Part shown: positions 13,394 through 25,291 of the stretch, in pieces
Position numbering within the stretch: position 1 is the stretch's first letter
Layout: every line of letters starts with the position of its first letter
Assembly: GCF_011745625.1 (NCBI RefSeq)
Contig: NW_027191455.1
Coordinates: forward strand, 248,001 to 312,000
Length of the DNA stretch: 64,000 bases
Direction of reading: 5' to 3'
From: Cladosporium halotolerans
Taxonomy: Eukaryota
The notes under the pieces: model-generated
The model's database searches: none
What the model saw: only the letters and a program-made list of their open reading frames with translations
Told to the model about the DNA's origin: nothing
Position numbers and translations under genes: made by a program

Positions 13394-16252
13394 CTACGCT
13401 TTCCCACCAGCCTCACCATCTCCACTTCCACTGCCGTTACCGCTACCGCTCGAAGACGCCGCGCTCTTCTTCGTCAGCGTCGGGGTCCTGCTCCCGCCTC
13501 CGCCACTGTTGCGCCCGCTGCCGAAGCTGCTGCTGCGGCTGCGCTGGCCGGGTCGGCTGGCGTGGAAGCCGGCGTGGTAGGAAGAGGCTTTGTGGACGCG
13601 GGAGTCTTGCTTGGATTTCTGGGAGAGAATCAATATTCGCTGCTCGGACGTTCTCTGTGAAACTCGAGAGAAAGAAAAGAAAAGAGAACAAGGTGGATTT
13701 GTGGAAGAGTGAATTTTTTTTGTGGTAATGTGCCGTGCCTTCTCCTGCAGAAAATTTGTATGCGGTGCCTGCTCTTCTCCTGTGTGCGCTTCTTTACAAA
13801 GAAGAGAAGAAGGCTTGGAAGAGGCCCGCCCGCCCGCCCTCCAGTCGTGTCCTGATTTGCCAAGTGCTATTGTTTTTTCGCTGGCGAAGGGCCGGAGGGG
13901 ACAGGCTCGTGACAATTCAGAAAATAAACAATGACTCGCTGAACATGTGAAAATTTCAAAAAACAATCGCTGGCCCAGGGCAGACCTCTCACACAATGCA
14001 TTCGGTGACAAAAGAGTAGGATGCTGCGCACTGGGTCAACGTACCGAGTTGCTCGGCCTTCGCTCCCGATCATCGCCCAGTCGCAGGCGCTCCATGCGCT
14101 GCTGGCTGTCGTCGCCGTCCTGATCCCTCGCTGCGCTCCTGCCGCCGGTAGCCGCCGCTCCAGGGGCGCGAACTGCAGGCGCCGCCGAGTGTCCGTTCTG
14201 CTTCATCGAATCCGCGAGAGCAGAAAGACGGTCCCACTTCGCTTTGCGAGTGGCCTTTTCGGACTCGAGGTTGTTCTGCTGCTCTGTGTATTCATGCGAG
14301 CAGTCGTCGAAGAGTTGAGGGTTGACTTCCATGAAAAGCTTCATGGCGTTGTAAACCATGCCATGGATGGTCCTACAGGAGATTAGCTTGGCTCAAATCA
14401 AGTGGATAGTGAGAAAATGTTCATACCTGTTCCAGTGTCCCTTCGAGTTCTCGTAAAGGGGCTTGAACATAATCGGGAGGATAACGTCGACGTTGTCGCT
14501 AACCAAGTTGCAGAAATATTCGTTGTTCCAGAAGTAAAGCGCACGTTCAGCGACCTGGAAATGCGGGCTCGCCACGCTCTTCGCGAGTTGATTGAACAAG
14601 GGCTCTTGGACCTTTGCAAACTCCGCAGGGTCCATTACCTCGAAAATGTCTTCGACTTCGTTCAAGAACATGACCTCTTTGGTGCTGTTCACCTTAGGCC
14701 AGTAACGCAGGAGACCGAGTACAACCTCTTCGGTGAGAGCGGCGTCCTTCTCGAGGAATTGCACAATGCAGTATGCCAACTGCGGGTGGTACATGCTCAG
14801 ACTCTTGACCTTGTGCAGCGGAATTAACACCCTGGTCAAGAACAGCTTGTGTTCCTCCTTCAACGGCAACGCGAAACCGTTGATGATTGATCCAAGGATT
14901 TCCAGCAGCTCTGCAATACCGTTGAAGCGCTCGGTCTCGTAGATGAATTGAAAGAAGACATTGTTGATGCTCCGCCTGATGAAAGATCTCAGGTTGAGGA
15001 ACTTGCCGTATATCCGATGCAGGGTGGTTTTCAAGAAGTCGCGTTCGCGAGGGTCTTCCGAGTCAAACAGCTCCAGTAATGAGAGGACGAAGCCGTGGTC
15101 TATGTATTGTTTGGCGTAATTGGTGTTAAAGTCCTGGCTCTCGATGAAGCGCAAGAAGAACTCGTAGACGACCTGAATATGCGGCCAGGCGACTTCCAGG
15201 ACAGGCTCGTCTTCTTCCGGATCGAATGCCTCGCCTTGCGGGTTCACCGGAGGTGGTATGGGCCTGAACAGGTTTTTGCTGAACATCTCGACGACTCTGG
15301 GGTACATCGGCTCCGAGATGACTTGACGGTTTTGTGCAACGTAATCCAAGAGTTCGTGCAGAGCGAGTCGCTTGATCTCCTTGCTCTTCATGTCGCCTGA
15401 CGCATCGTTGAAATCAAAGATGATGTTGCACTGATCCAACTTTTGCATGAAGAGTTCCTGACGACGGTTCGGAGGGACCTCATGGAAGCCGGGGAGCTTC
15501 TCAAGCTCACGCTGCCTCTGATCGGAGATATCGAATCGGGAGGAATGCTGTCTTTTGGGTGTCCGTACACCTTCTGGGACCACATCTTTCGGAGTAGCCT
15601 GCAGCCTGTCGAACAAGAGGCTCTTTTGTCCCGCTTTCGGAGGGGCGAGGTCGTGAGGCATCGTTTCTGCCGCGCCGGGAGGCGGGATGTGCTGCGCGCA
15701 TACCGGTCAGAAGGGCTCAATCCACAAGTCTTAGGCAGGTTGTACTTACAGGTGCGCTTGGGCTGATCACGACGCTGGGGTTCATCGCGCCATGCCTGCC
15801 AGGAGTGTTTGGTCCGCCCTGAGCTTGTCCTGCATTTGCGCCGCCTGCACCGCCGAATGAGCCATGTTGAGATTTGGATGACGGGGGCTGATTTGTGCTC
15901 ATACCCGATGGGCCAGGGTTGGGTGCGCCGGGGTGTGATTGATTGGGGCCATCGGAGCCCGACAACGACTTACTTCGAGAGTCGACGAGGTTGGAGGTCG
16001 AGGAGGTGGGAGTTGCTTGGCCTGAGCCGGCGGGAGACTGGTTGGTTTGCGGCGACGCGGTGCCAGAGGAGCTATCCTTCTTCTTCGCAAGCTTGTTGCC
16101 CTCCTTGTCCTTGTCGCGAGTGCGTGAGAGCTGTTCTTGCTGTCAGAGAAACACATCAACATAGGCACACGCCCAATCCTTTGGCTTGGGGAGTGAGGGC
16201 GGGTGATGGATCGATCACAACGTACCACGCGTTGCCTGAAGCCCTTCATCAT
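13394..16252 (-). CDS. RTS1: PP2A regulatory B' (B56) subunit
   Basis: B56 core ([40 protein letters not shown]). Introns 16225-16140, 15749-15692, 14426-14373. The 3' end is either the stop at 14036 or a spliced last exon 13618-13394. Confidence 0.95.
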
Positions 16253-16943
16253 GAATCAAAAGCTGTTGCGCTGGAGAGACAGGCAGCAAATGCTGCTCTG
16301 CGAGGAGAGGGTCCGGCCCTGAGGTACGCGAGCCTGCTCCTGCCGATCGTTTGTCTCAGGGCGACAGTGAAGGTGAGAGCTGCGCTGGACGTGTTGGATT
16401 GAGGATGTAGTGCGGTGAGGAGCTGATCAGCACGGCGTGGAGCGCGCGGGCGACGATGGTGATGCGGTCGGGGCGGGAGGTGGGCTGGTGGGAGTGTGCT
16501 TGTCGTCACGGGTCGACCAGTCGCCAAGCCGAGTATGGGCCGCGCGCGGAGGAAACAAGGTACGGCCCGCAGAATAGAAGGGCGAGGGAGGAGCTGCACT
16601 GGCGAGCGACGGCGACGGGCGACAGAGCGGCGGATGTTGGCTCACACGGGGCGGTGGACGAGCGGCAGGCGGGGGCTTCTGCGGCGTCGATGCGGCGGCG
16701 TAGCAACAACATCAGTACGGTGGTCGTAATAAGGTCAGGGCGGCGCGGCATCTGCCGTGTTGTAAAGCGCGGGGCTGCGTCGGCCCATTCGCTGCGTCTT
16801 GCTCTAGCTGCGGCAGCCAGCGTCGCCAGCTCCCGCCGGCCTACATACGGGAAGACGTGCATATCAATCTGCCGCGCCGCAAGATAGCGCCGTCTCACGG
16901 CAGATATCACGTGAAGCCATCGTCGTGTGGGCAGGGAGCAGAG

Positions 16944-18802
16944 ATGCCGGGAGCAGTTGCGCAGATGTCGGACGGTGTTCCGGCAGACTCTTCCACCGCG
17001 CCCATACACACCGTTCCGCAAGAGCGGGTCATCAGCATCGAGCATCCGTGCATCGTACGGAACTTCGACAATGGGCTCAAGTCGCTAGGTGGCGAGCCTC
17101 AGATGAAGCACGTGAGTATCACTGGTCAGCAGAGCCACACCGAGCTCCACTTATTGACAATCTCTAGGCACTTGAACATCAGGTCGGAGACAGCCAACTC
17201 AACCCGGAAAAACCGCTTGAAGAGCCTACCCTCGGTGTTTCTCTCCGGCCACACGATCCGTTTTCAAAGAAACTCGTATCAAGCGCAATCGAATCTCGAA
17301 ATATTCTAGTCCAAGTTACCCTGCCTAAACGGACAGGTCGCAAAAGGAAGCGAGGCACCGATGATCCGTTTACTTACCCTTCCGAGCCGGAGCGTCCCAA
17401 TGCTAGTATAACAGCGCCCGAGTTCCTTCAAAGACTCAGAGACAATGAAAGTAAATACGACATCGAAGCCGTCGGCATGATCGGTGAAACGCATCGTTTC
17501 CGTAATTTACCGGATTTCCAGATGATAGCCAGCGACAACGCAATGATGCGCGAGCTTATCACCCACGCCAGCAAACCCAATTACGACAGCCTCAAACAGA
17601 TGCACATCGATATGAGGCCCGGAGCGGCACATATAGAGTCTTTTGTAGCGCCGCCGACTTTCATGTCCGTAACACAGCCATACCGCTACGAGTACAACCA
17701 GGCTGCTGGAGTCAAGTTCGAACAAGACGCTTCTGGCAACGTCACCACCACAAACATCCAAGCACCGCCTCGCCGCGTAGTATCGGCCATCGAACCAGAC
17801 GTCGAAGAAGTGCCGCAAGGTCCTCCGCCAAATCTCAAGCGCCACCAGTCTTTCGGCACCTACCTCGACGCAGCCGTCAACGCCCTGAACGAGCTCCTCG
17901 ACAAACGCCCCCTCATCACCCGCCGCGTCGCCCAGAACTTCATCCCGCAGTACAGCGACACCGTCTTCAAGGAAGCCACGCAATGGGTCGGCTACAGCTT
18001 CCGCGCGGGCCCCTGGCGCGACAGCCTGGTCAAATACGGCGTCGACCCGCGCAAAGACCCCAAGTACCGCGTATACCAGACGCTCATGTTCCAGGTCGAC
18101 AAGCGCGTCGACACGGCGGGACTCGACGAGCGCGCCCGGCCCGAGGGCTGGAAGAGCCACATTTTCGACGGCGCGCACATGACGCTCGGCGGCAAGACGT
18201 GGCAGATCTGCGACGTCACGGACCCGCTGCTGCGCGCGATCTTCGACACCACGGCCGTCCAGGAGGCGTGCGACGTGCACCAGTTCGGCTGGTTCTACAA
18301 TGGCACGTTGTGCAAGGCGCGCGCGATCATGCGCGACAAGATTGACTGTCTGCTGCGCGGCGTTGAGCAGCCGCAAGCGGAGTATGAGAAGATCGCTAAG
18401 ATGCCTGAGCGGATCACGAGGGAGAAGTTGGCAGAGACTTATCTCGATGATACGGAGGTTGGGTCGAAGGCCACCGAGCTCTCGATTGAAGTTAGGAGTA
18501 TGGCTAGGTTGGGGGTGAAGCTGACCGAGAACCGGGCGAAGGAGAAGAGGTTCAAGGAAGCGTTGGCCAAGTCGGGACGCGTGGACGGCGGTTCTGACGA
18601 AGACAACGGAGATGGTGGCAATGATAACGATGAGGATCTGGGTGCGATTGATCCGGCACTAATGGGAGATGGGGATGCGGACGAGACTATGCAAGGCGAT
18701 TTCGACGCGGACGACGACGAGGATGCCGGCGCAGATCTTGAGGCGCTAGGTGAATTGGAGGATGATGGAGAGGAAGAAGAGCAGCCACAGCAAGATGAAT
18801 GA
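16944..18802 (+). CDS. TFC1: RNA polymerase III transcription factor TFIIIC tau95 subunit
   Basis: VISIEHPCIV N-terminus, VTLPKRTGRKRKRG, THRFRNLPDFQ, YSFRAGPWRDSLVKYGVDPR, acidic tail; intron 17112-17167 joins the frames. Confidence 0.88.
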
Positions 18803-19191
18803 GACATGCGAAGGATAGACCTTAGATACCCCTGCACTTCCTGAACGCTTTCCGCAAGCACTAGCCATTCAATCCGCTGGCTTTATGCATTACTCATCTA
18901 AGCGCGGAACCTAAGCACGTGTCTCACAAACTCCAGATCATGGCGAGCGCAAATTGATAGAATCGCTTCCAGGCGGTCTCCAACAATACAAAGAAAAAGC
19001 TGTACAAGCGTTGTCATTCCGCGCCGGCTATCCCGGCATCGCGTAATGTTGGCAAAGTAGTACACGCTGCGGCTTTCCACAGCAGCAAGTAGCAGAGGAC
19101 CCACATTGTACATTCCACCGTCCCCTCCTATCTGGCGTGATCTATCTTGTCTTCTGGTGCACCTCACGGTCGCTGTTCCGGCGCGCGGCGC

Positions 19192-19954
19192 TTACGAGCT
19201 CGTGGGGAAAAGGTCCTCCTTCAGCACAACACCCAGCTCCTCGCGGATGCCCTGGAGCTCAGTCAGGTACTCGTCGTACTGGCTCTTGTTCTCGACCTTG
19301 GCGTTGATGCCTGAGTGGAAGTGTTAGCGCGGCGTCCAGTGCGTGTCGCCAGCCTCGTGACTCTTGTGGCTAGAAACGTGGGATATCAAGCAGACGCACC
19401 CTCGAATATCCTGACGGCAGTGGGGAAGTCGTTGACGCGCCTGGCGGCTCTGAGGGCGGCGATGACAACGCTGGGGGAGGGGACAAGATCGTAGGCGAAG
19501 GCGTTGTTGAGGTTACGCTGCAGCTCGAAGACGTCCTGGACGTTCTCGAACTCCTTCTCGTATCTGCGCGCAGCGGGTCAGCACATGGTATTTCGCAGTC
19601 CACCACTTCTCCGAACACCCAGATAGCCACGTGCATGCGCTGCACATGGCGTGTGGAGCCATTGAGCAAGTATGCGCCTTTTCCTCGTCCCTATCATGTC
19701 GCCATCTCTCCTCCGGCCATTGCATCCTCCGAACCCTCCCATCCCCCCCATTCGGGGTCATCGTACCTGGCGGTGAAGTCCTCGAAGCTCTCCTCGTGGT
19801 GCGGGTCGTGGGCGTCGACGTCGGCACCGGCGAGCCTGCTGGGGCCGGCAGAGAAGGCGGCGCGCTGGAAGACGGGCTTCTGCACGAAGGCGCGGCGGGC
19901 GAAGGGGGCGACGCGGGCGCGCGAGGCGCTGCGGATGAAGGCGGCGGCGGACAT
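19192..19954 (-). CDS. COX6: Cytochrome c oxidase subunit VI (mammalian Va homologue)
   Basis: Presequence, then HHEESFEDFTAR/YEKEF...FELQRNLNNAFAYDLVPSP...AARRVNDFPTAVRIFE/GINAKVEN; introns 19766-19564 and 19399-19311. Confidence 0.95.
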
Positions 19955-20311
19955 GGCGGTGGTGTATGAGGCGGTGGAGGGTGCGGAGCGGAGATTTCGT
20001 GGGAGGTGGTATAGAGCTGCTCGGCCGTTGCTGAGGTGCAGACGCATTGGATGGAAGCTTTCGGGTCAGGACTTGGCAGGAGGATGATTGGCCGTACGCA
20101 CGTGCCCTCAGCGTCGCCGGCACGTCAGACTTGTCGGTCTTCGCCTACAAATTACTTTTTCTCGACGATTGGGGAACGTAGTTTAGAACATTGCAAATAC
20201 GATGGAGAACTGGTGTAAAGTACGAGGCTTATCATATCAGCTGTAAGCGAGTCGGTTGATGGCAAAGCCCCCAAGTCACAAGTAATAGAAACCAGCATTG
20301 CAATCGCGACA

Positions 20312-21682
20312 ATGAGTGACGAAGCTGAAAAATCACCTTTGCTGAGGCAAAGGAAGCCGACCGAAAAGACTCAAGCGCATAGTCAGGGAGATGCATCTCC
20401 CTCAGTTCAGACCACGCAAACACAGGATGGAGACGTCGAGGCAGATTTCTCCTGGACGAATCCATTGACCTGGACGCGTTCTATGCAGCTTGCGCCGGTC
20501 TACATCGCTGTCTTTCTTGTGATGGCCGCCGCATACTGGAGCAAATTCCTAGACCAGCCTTCGTTCGATGCAAGTACTCCAGAGATGTGCAGAGGCACGT
20601 TCAACTATGGTTTCCGGATCAATGCGGCGAGGAGCCAGATCGAACGACTTTCGTCTCATAGCTGGGAGTATGGCATCGGCGCTGAAGCTCAGCTAGAGCT
20701 CCTGGATCCAGAGCGGACTGTCTTTGCCCGAGACCCTTTCCCAGCGGACAAGATCCAAAAGTTGCCCCTCAAAAAGCCGTTGGGTCTTCTGTGGATGCAT
20801 CGTCACATTCGGAAGGGAGAGCCGACTCTGTACGCAGATGACTACAGCGTCTCCGATCCAGCCGCACTGGGCGTTCCGGCTCTCATGCTAGGCCAACGCG
20901 ATTCAGCAACGTTCCAAGCCGCTATGAGACAAAAGGACTACCTGCTCAAAGATGCAAAGAGGTACAGCAATGGCGCTATCAGCCACCGTGTCGAGGTCGC
21001 AGAGCTGTGGTCCGATGCCATCTCGATGTTTCCGCCCTTTTTGGCTTTCTCTGCTGTTGCAGCAAATGATCTAGACCTCATGAAAGAGGCAGTGAGGCAG
21101 TGTGGACTGTACCGGGAGGTCCTCATGGTGCCATCGGGCCCGAAGAAGGGGCTGTGGAAGCACATCGTAGGCCAAAGCGAGATGGCAGACGAGGAAGTTT
21201 GGAGCACCGGTGCGGCTTGGGCAGCATACGGCATGGTCCGCGTTCGCGCCACGATCTCTGGATGGCGACCGAGCAATAAGACAATGGCACGGGAGGTGCA
21301 GGACCTTGACGAATGGATTGGAGAGATCATTGACGGCGCCATGCGGACTGACGATGACACGTCCGGCTTGTTGAGGAATTACTTGGGCGATGAAAAGTGG
21401 TTTGGCGAAACATCAGGCACAGCTCTGCTTGCCGCCGCTGCGTATCGCATGGCTGTACTCAATCCAGCGATGTTCGCCGAACCTCAATATGTGGATTGGG
21501 CACACCAGAAGAGGCAAGCTGTGCTTGGACGCGTAGACAACAACGGCTTCGCCTATCCAGCGGTCAACCCACTCAAGCATGCTTCAACAGAGCCTGTCAA
21601 GGAATCGGCAGAAGGCGAGAGTTTCCTGTTGATGCTTGGCTCTGCATGGCGGGATTGCGTATGCGCAGGTGTGTGCAAATAG
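20312..21682 (+). CDS. GH88/GH105-like six-hairpin glycoside hydrolase with a probable N-terminal membrane anchor
   Basis: NGAISHR, LWSDAISMFPPFLA, GLWKHI, WSTGAAWAAYGM, ETSGTALLA motifs; hydrophobic segment LAPVYIAVFLVMAAAYW near aa 60-77. Confidence 0.75.
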   Translation: MSDEAEKSPLLRQRKPTEKTQAHSQGDASPSVQTTQTQDGDVEADFSWTNPLTWTRSMQLAPVYIAVFLVMAAAYWSKFLDQPSFDASTPEMCRGTFNYGFRINAARSQIERLSSHSWEYGIGAEAQLELLDPERTVFARDPFPADKIQKLPLKKPLGLLWMHRHIRKGEPTLYADDYSVSDPAALGVPALMLGQRDSATFQAAMRQKDYLLKDAKRYSNGAISHRVEVAELWSDAISMFPPFLAFSAVAANDLDLMKEAVRQCGLYREVLMVPSGPKKGLWKHIVGQSEMADEEVWSTGAAWAAYGMVRVRATISGWRPSNKTMAREVQDLDEWIGEIIDGAMRTDDDTSGLLRNYLGDEKWFGETSGTALLAAAAYRMAVLNPAMFAEPQYVDWAHQKRQAVLGRVDNNGFAYPAVNPLKHASTEPVKESAEGESFLLMLGSAWRDCVCAGVCK

Positions 21683-21965
21683 AATTGCGTAAGGATGTAT
21701 ATCTCAAATCTTCCATCAAAAAAATGACTTCGCTTTCCTTGGACTTGTACATCACAACTCATCATCTCGAATCTGGAACATTGATTCAATCATATGCATG
21801 GCCTGTCAGCGGACCCGATGCACACGTTTGGGGTGTGTATCTGTGTATAAATAGATGCAGACATAAAATGTGGAATACTTCAGACTTCAGGTATAGCTAT
21901 ACTTGTTACCATCGATATTTCGATGAATAATCTTCGGATAGGGTCCAAAATGATTGCAAAACGAT

Positions 21966-22051
21966 GGGCCGTTCCGCGAATCGAACGCGGGGCCTCTTGC
22001 AGATCTGGCAATTGACCCAAAGCAAGAATTATACCACTAAACCAAACGGCC
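21966..22051 (-). tRNA. tRNA-Pro(UGG) with 14-nt intron
   Basis: Acceptor stem GGCCGTT/AACGGCC, anticodon arm CTTGC-TT TGG G[intron]T-GCAAG, T arm CCGCG-TTCGATT-CGCGG. Confidence 0.95.
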
Positions 22052-22405
22052 CTTGACAAAATGTTACGTAATCAGTGTTTGCAAAACTTATAACCTTTTT
22101 CCAATCACAAAGTCCAGAGCCCTGATGCCCACGGCACGTCTAGCCCCCTGAGAAAATGGTTGGTGGCGAACCAAACGTGAGGTTGTCAGGGAGCGTGGCC
22201 TCAAGTCATGATGTGTTCAACAAACTTACAGATTCTACGGTCTGAACGCACCGGTACTTCTGATCATGTGCTTTCTTACCCGTGAGACATTTAGCGACAT
22301 TCATACCCTTTCACTTGAACTTGGATCTGTAGCTTCAGCGTGAAGCTGCTGTGCAGACAAACACAAGGTATGGCCATTTGTTGTTGGTGTCATCTCGATT
22401 GCACT

Positions 22406-23580
22406 ATGTCCGCAGCTTCCACGCAGAGTCCGCCACCACCTCGACAGAAGGCTTGCAATGCATGCGCCAGTGCCAAAGTCCGATGCGATAAGAAGCAAGA
22501 ATGCAGCAGATGCCATGCGCGAGGTATCCAGTGCCAATACCCTCCTACGTCTCAAACACGCAAATTGCCCTCATCCTCCTTTGATCCTACTCCAGCCAGG
22601 GGTTCTGGTCAGAAAGAAGCAATCTCAAGAGGCTATGGCGATAGCATGAAGACCTTGCAACCGTTGTCACCAATTTCAAATACAGGTCTCAGGTTACAGC
22701 AGCCAGCTGTGTGCAACATTGATGCAGCTGCGATACAGAATCGCTGGCTGAAGCCTTTCTTGCTGACAGCAATGACCGACCGAAAAGTACACCACCTGGT
22801 ACTACCTTGTTCGTGAAGCAAATACTTACTTCCTACATCGCAATGATCGCAAGCGATGGTCGACCGCCCCCATTCATTCATCGCTCTCATGTCAACAACC
22901 AACATCCCTGGAAGCTGCTGTCCCACTGTTTTCAATTGCTCCGAAGACTTCAAACATGTCCAAATGACCAGAAATCATTTGCTTCAGAGCTGCTCAAACG
23001 TGAAATGGTCAGACTATTTGACCAACATATCACGTATGACGACAGAACCATGCTCTGTTCTTTCCAAGCTTACCTTCTCTACACCATGACACTCTATTTG
23101 AGAGGCGATTGTCCTGATATGAGAGACTTCATGATGAACCTACAACAAATGGCAAGCGCGTCAGTGTCTCAGGGTACTATTACATCCGCCGAGCTGTCAC
23201 AAGATCCCCCGGACTGGGAATCGTGGGTCTTTCTGGAAGCCAAACGACGTACGGTATACACCATGTACCTATTTGACAACTTGCTGTGTTCCATCGACAA
23301 TATACCCACTTTCGTGGCAACGGAGCTCACAGGACTGCTGGCACCCGCGGGAAAGGCTCTTTGGGAGGCTCCTGACGACGAAGCATGGTACATGGCTTAT
23401 AGCTTACAGCAAAGCACATGTGAAGGGAATCCGTTGCGGATCGAAGAGTTGTGGCCATTGCCACGAGAAGCTACCGAAGACGTCTCTAGTCATCGCCAAT
23501 CGAGAGTCATGAATTGGTTGCAAGGGGTCGATGAGTACGGGACAATGTTGTTTGCGATCACCACAGCATCCCATGGTTGA
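22406..23580 (+). pseudogene. Zn(II)2Cys6 transcription factor, apparently frameshifted near 22757
   Basis: RQKACNACASAKVRCDKKQECSRCHARGIQCQYP cluster lies in one frame and the C-terminal domain (PPFIH, WESWVFLEAKRRT, VDEYGTMLFA) in another. Restoring 1 nt at CCTTTCTT gives a contiguous 391-aa protein. Confidence 0.75.
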
Positions 23581-23838
23581 ACATGAGTTTTGGATATTGG
23601 AATAGAATTGTCATTCGCATTCCATTGCTACGGAAAATGGCTAAGGCGATCCGACCATGTAAAACATCCTAATAACATTGAAGGCGTCTTAGCTGAAGTA
23701 AGACGCCTTCCAACGTTCCCTTCGTAAATACTAGTCCAAAAGAATGCCAAAACTCACTACCGACTACCCGGCATGAGGCGGAAATGTTATATTAGTAGAC
23801 AACGATTGATGCGAATACTTCCAAATGCCTTGAGGCCG

Positions 23839-24008
23839 CCAATGGCTCGGCCAATGCAGGATCGGGGAGTTCGGGGAGTTCGGTGAACGCGGAATCGGGC
23901 GTAAGACATATGGCCAATCATCACTGTATGAGAAGGGAATCGGAGAAAAGATTCCGATTTATACTCCGAGATTTAAAGGTATCAGCGGGAAGCTCCAGTA
24001 ATATATAG
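23839..24008 (+). promoter_or_regulatory. MFS promoter: CCAAT boxes, CGG-N6 direct-repeat array, TATA-like element
   Basis: CGG at 23863, 23872, 23881, 23890 (exact 9-bp period); CCAAT at about 23839, 23851, 23914; ATATATA at 24001. Confidence 0.55.
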
Positions 24009-24065
24009 CAAGTGCAGTCCTGCGATTTCAGAGCAGTGCCTGATGCCTAAAAATCAGACACCAAC

Positions 24066-25060
24066 ATGACTACCGAACGTCAGAGTGAACGAATTAATAC
24101 TCACCATGTGGAAACGACTCCAGCACGGACAAGCGGCTTTGAACAACCGTATACAATATTTGATCGGCGCCAGAAATATCTGATTATCTTCATCGTTTCC
24201 GTTGCTGCTACATGTGAGTTCAGTCTTGATTTCGCCATCGAATACCCCTTAGCTCATACTGCGCAGTCTCCGGCTTTGCATCAAACATCTATTTCCCGGC
24301 ACTACCATCAATCGCTAAAGATCTCGATGTCTCCGTCGAGCTGGTCAACCTAACAGTGACCACTTACCTGATCTTCCAAGGTCTCGCGCCGAGCCTATGG
24401 GGGCCCATCTCTGATGCGAAAGGCCGCCGCGTCGCCTTCTGCTGCACCTTTCTGGTCTTCATTGCTGCATGTGTTGGTCTCGCGGAGACAAGAAACTATG
24501 CCACGCTCATTGTTATGCGTTGTCTGCAGAGTACCGGTAGCGCTAGCACGATCGCCATCGGATCTGGTGTCATTGGAGATCTCACCACTCGTGCTGAGCG
24601 CGGCGGCTTCATGGGACTGTTTCAGGCTGGCCTGCTGGTGCCAGTGGCAGTTGGTCCGATCATTGGAGGTGCATTGGCCGGATCGCTTGGCTGGAGAGCA
24701 ATTTTCTGGTTTCTGACCATATATGCTGGCGTGTTCTGGATCTTCTTGGTACTGGTTCTTCCGGAGACGCTCAGATCGATTGTCGCAAACGGTGGATTGC
24801 TTTCGACAAATTTCTCTGCCAAATACCCTCTGAACCTATATCAGAAATGCACCAGCACGCGATGGGAGCGCGCCAGCGATTCTCAACGTACACCGACGAA
24901 ACAAGTAGACTTGACTGGCCCACTGCGGATTGTCTTCAGCCAGCGGGCTGCTCCTGTCATCTTCTTCCTCGCAGTATACTATGCCGTCTGGCAGATGAGC
25001 ATCACCGTCATGTCGACGCTCTTCCATCTTGGCAACCTAGACTTAGACGACGCGAAATGA
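24066..25060 (+). pseudogene. DHA1-type MFS drug/H+ antiporter, C-terminally truncated (about 7 of 12 TMs)
   Basis: FSGFASNIYFPALP, MFS motif A GPISDAKGRR, motif C-like GPIIGGAL; intron 24214-24266; ends after only 313 aa, just past TM7. Confidence 0.8.
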
Positions 25061-25291
25061 ATCCCTTTGGAAACGAATTAATTGCCCTTATTTTGTACCA
25101 CATGATTGAGGTGTGAGTATGTCGCGTGTGTTGTGAGGGTAGTTTAGGTTCAAGTGCACGCCCAGGCGAGAGCGTAGATCCCTTGCCCCTCAAAGCACAG
25201 AAGGTGGGGTGGAAAAGTTGCTCGCGCACCGAAGAGTCACTTGACGTAGCCCGCGGCGCTGCACCAAACCCTCTCGACTACCACAAACACA

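Noticed and set aside
19564..19766. Long COX6 intron as a snoRNA host
   Set aside because: Only a small hairpin (CCATGTGCA...TGCACGTGG); no C/D or H/ACA boxes
22207..22268. Possible box C/D snoRNA (ATGATGT...CTGA...CTGA with CATGA/TCATG stem)
   Set aside because: Only about 60 nt, imperfect C box, no C' box, and no rRNA complement recognised
22282..22346. TPP-riboswitch-like words (TGAGA...ATACCC...TGAACTTGGATCTG...CAGCG) upstream of the Zn2Cys6 gene
   Set aside because: Spacing is wrong, the conserved TAAT loop is missing, it is not in an evident intron, and the gene is not thiamine-related
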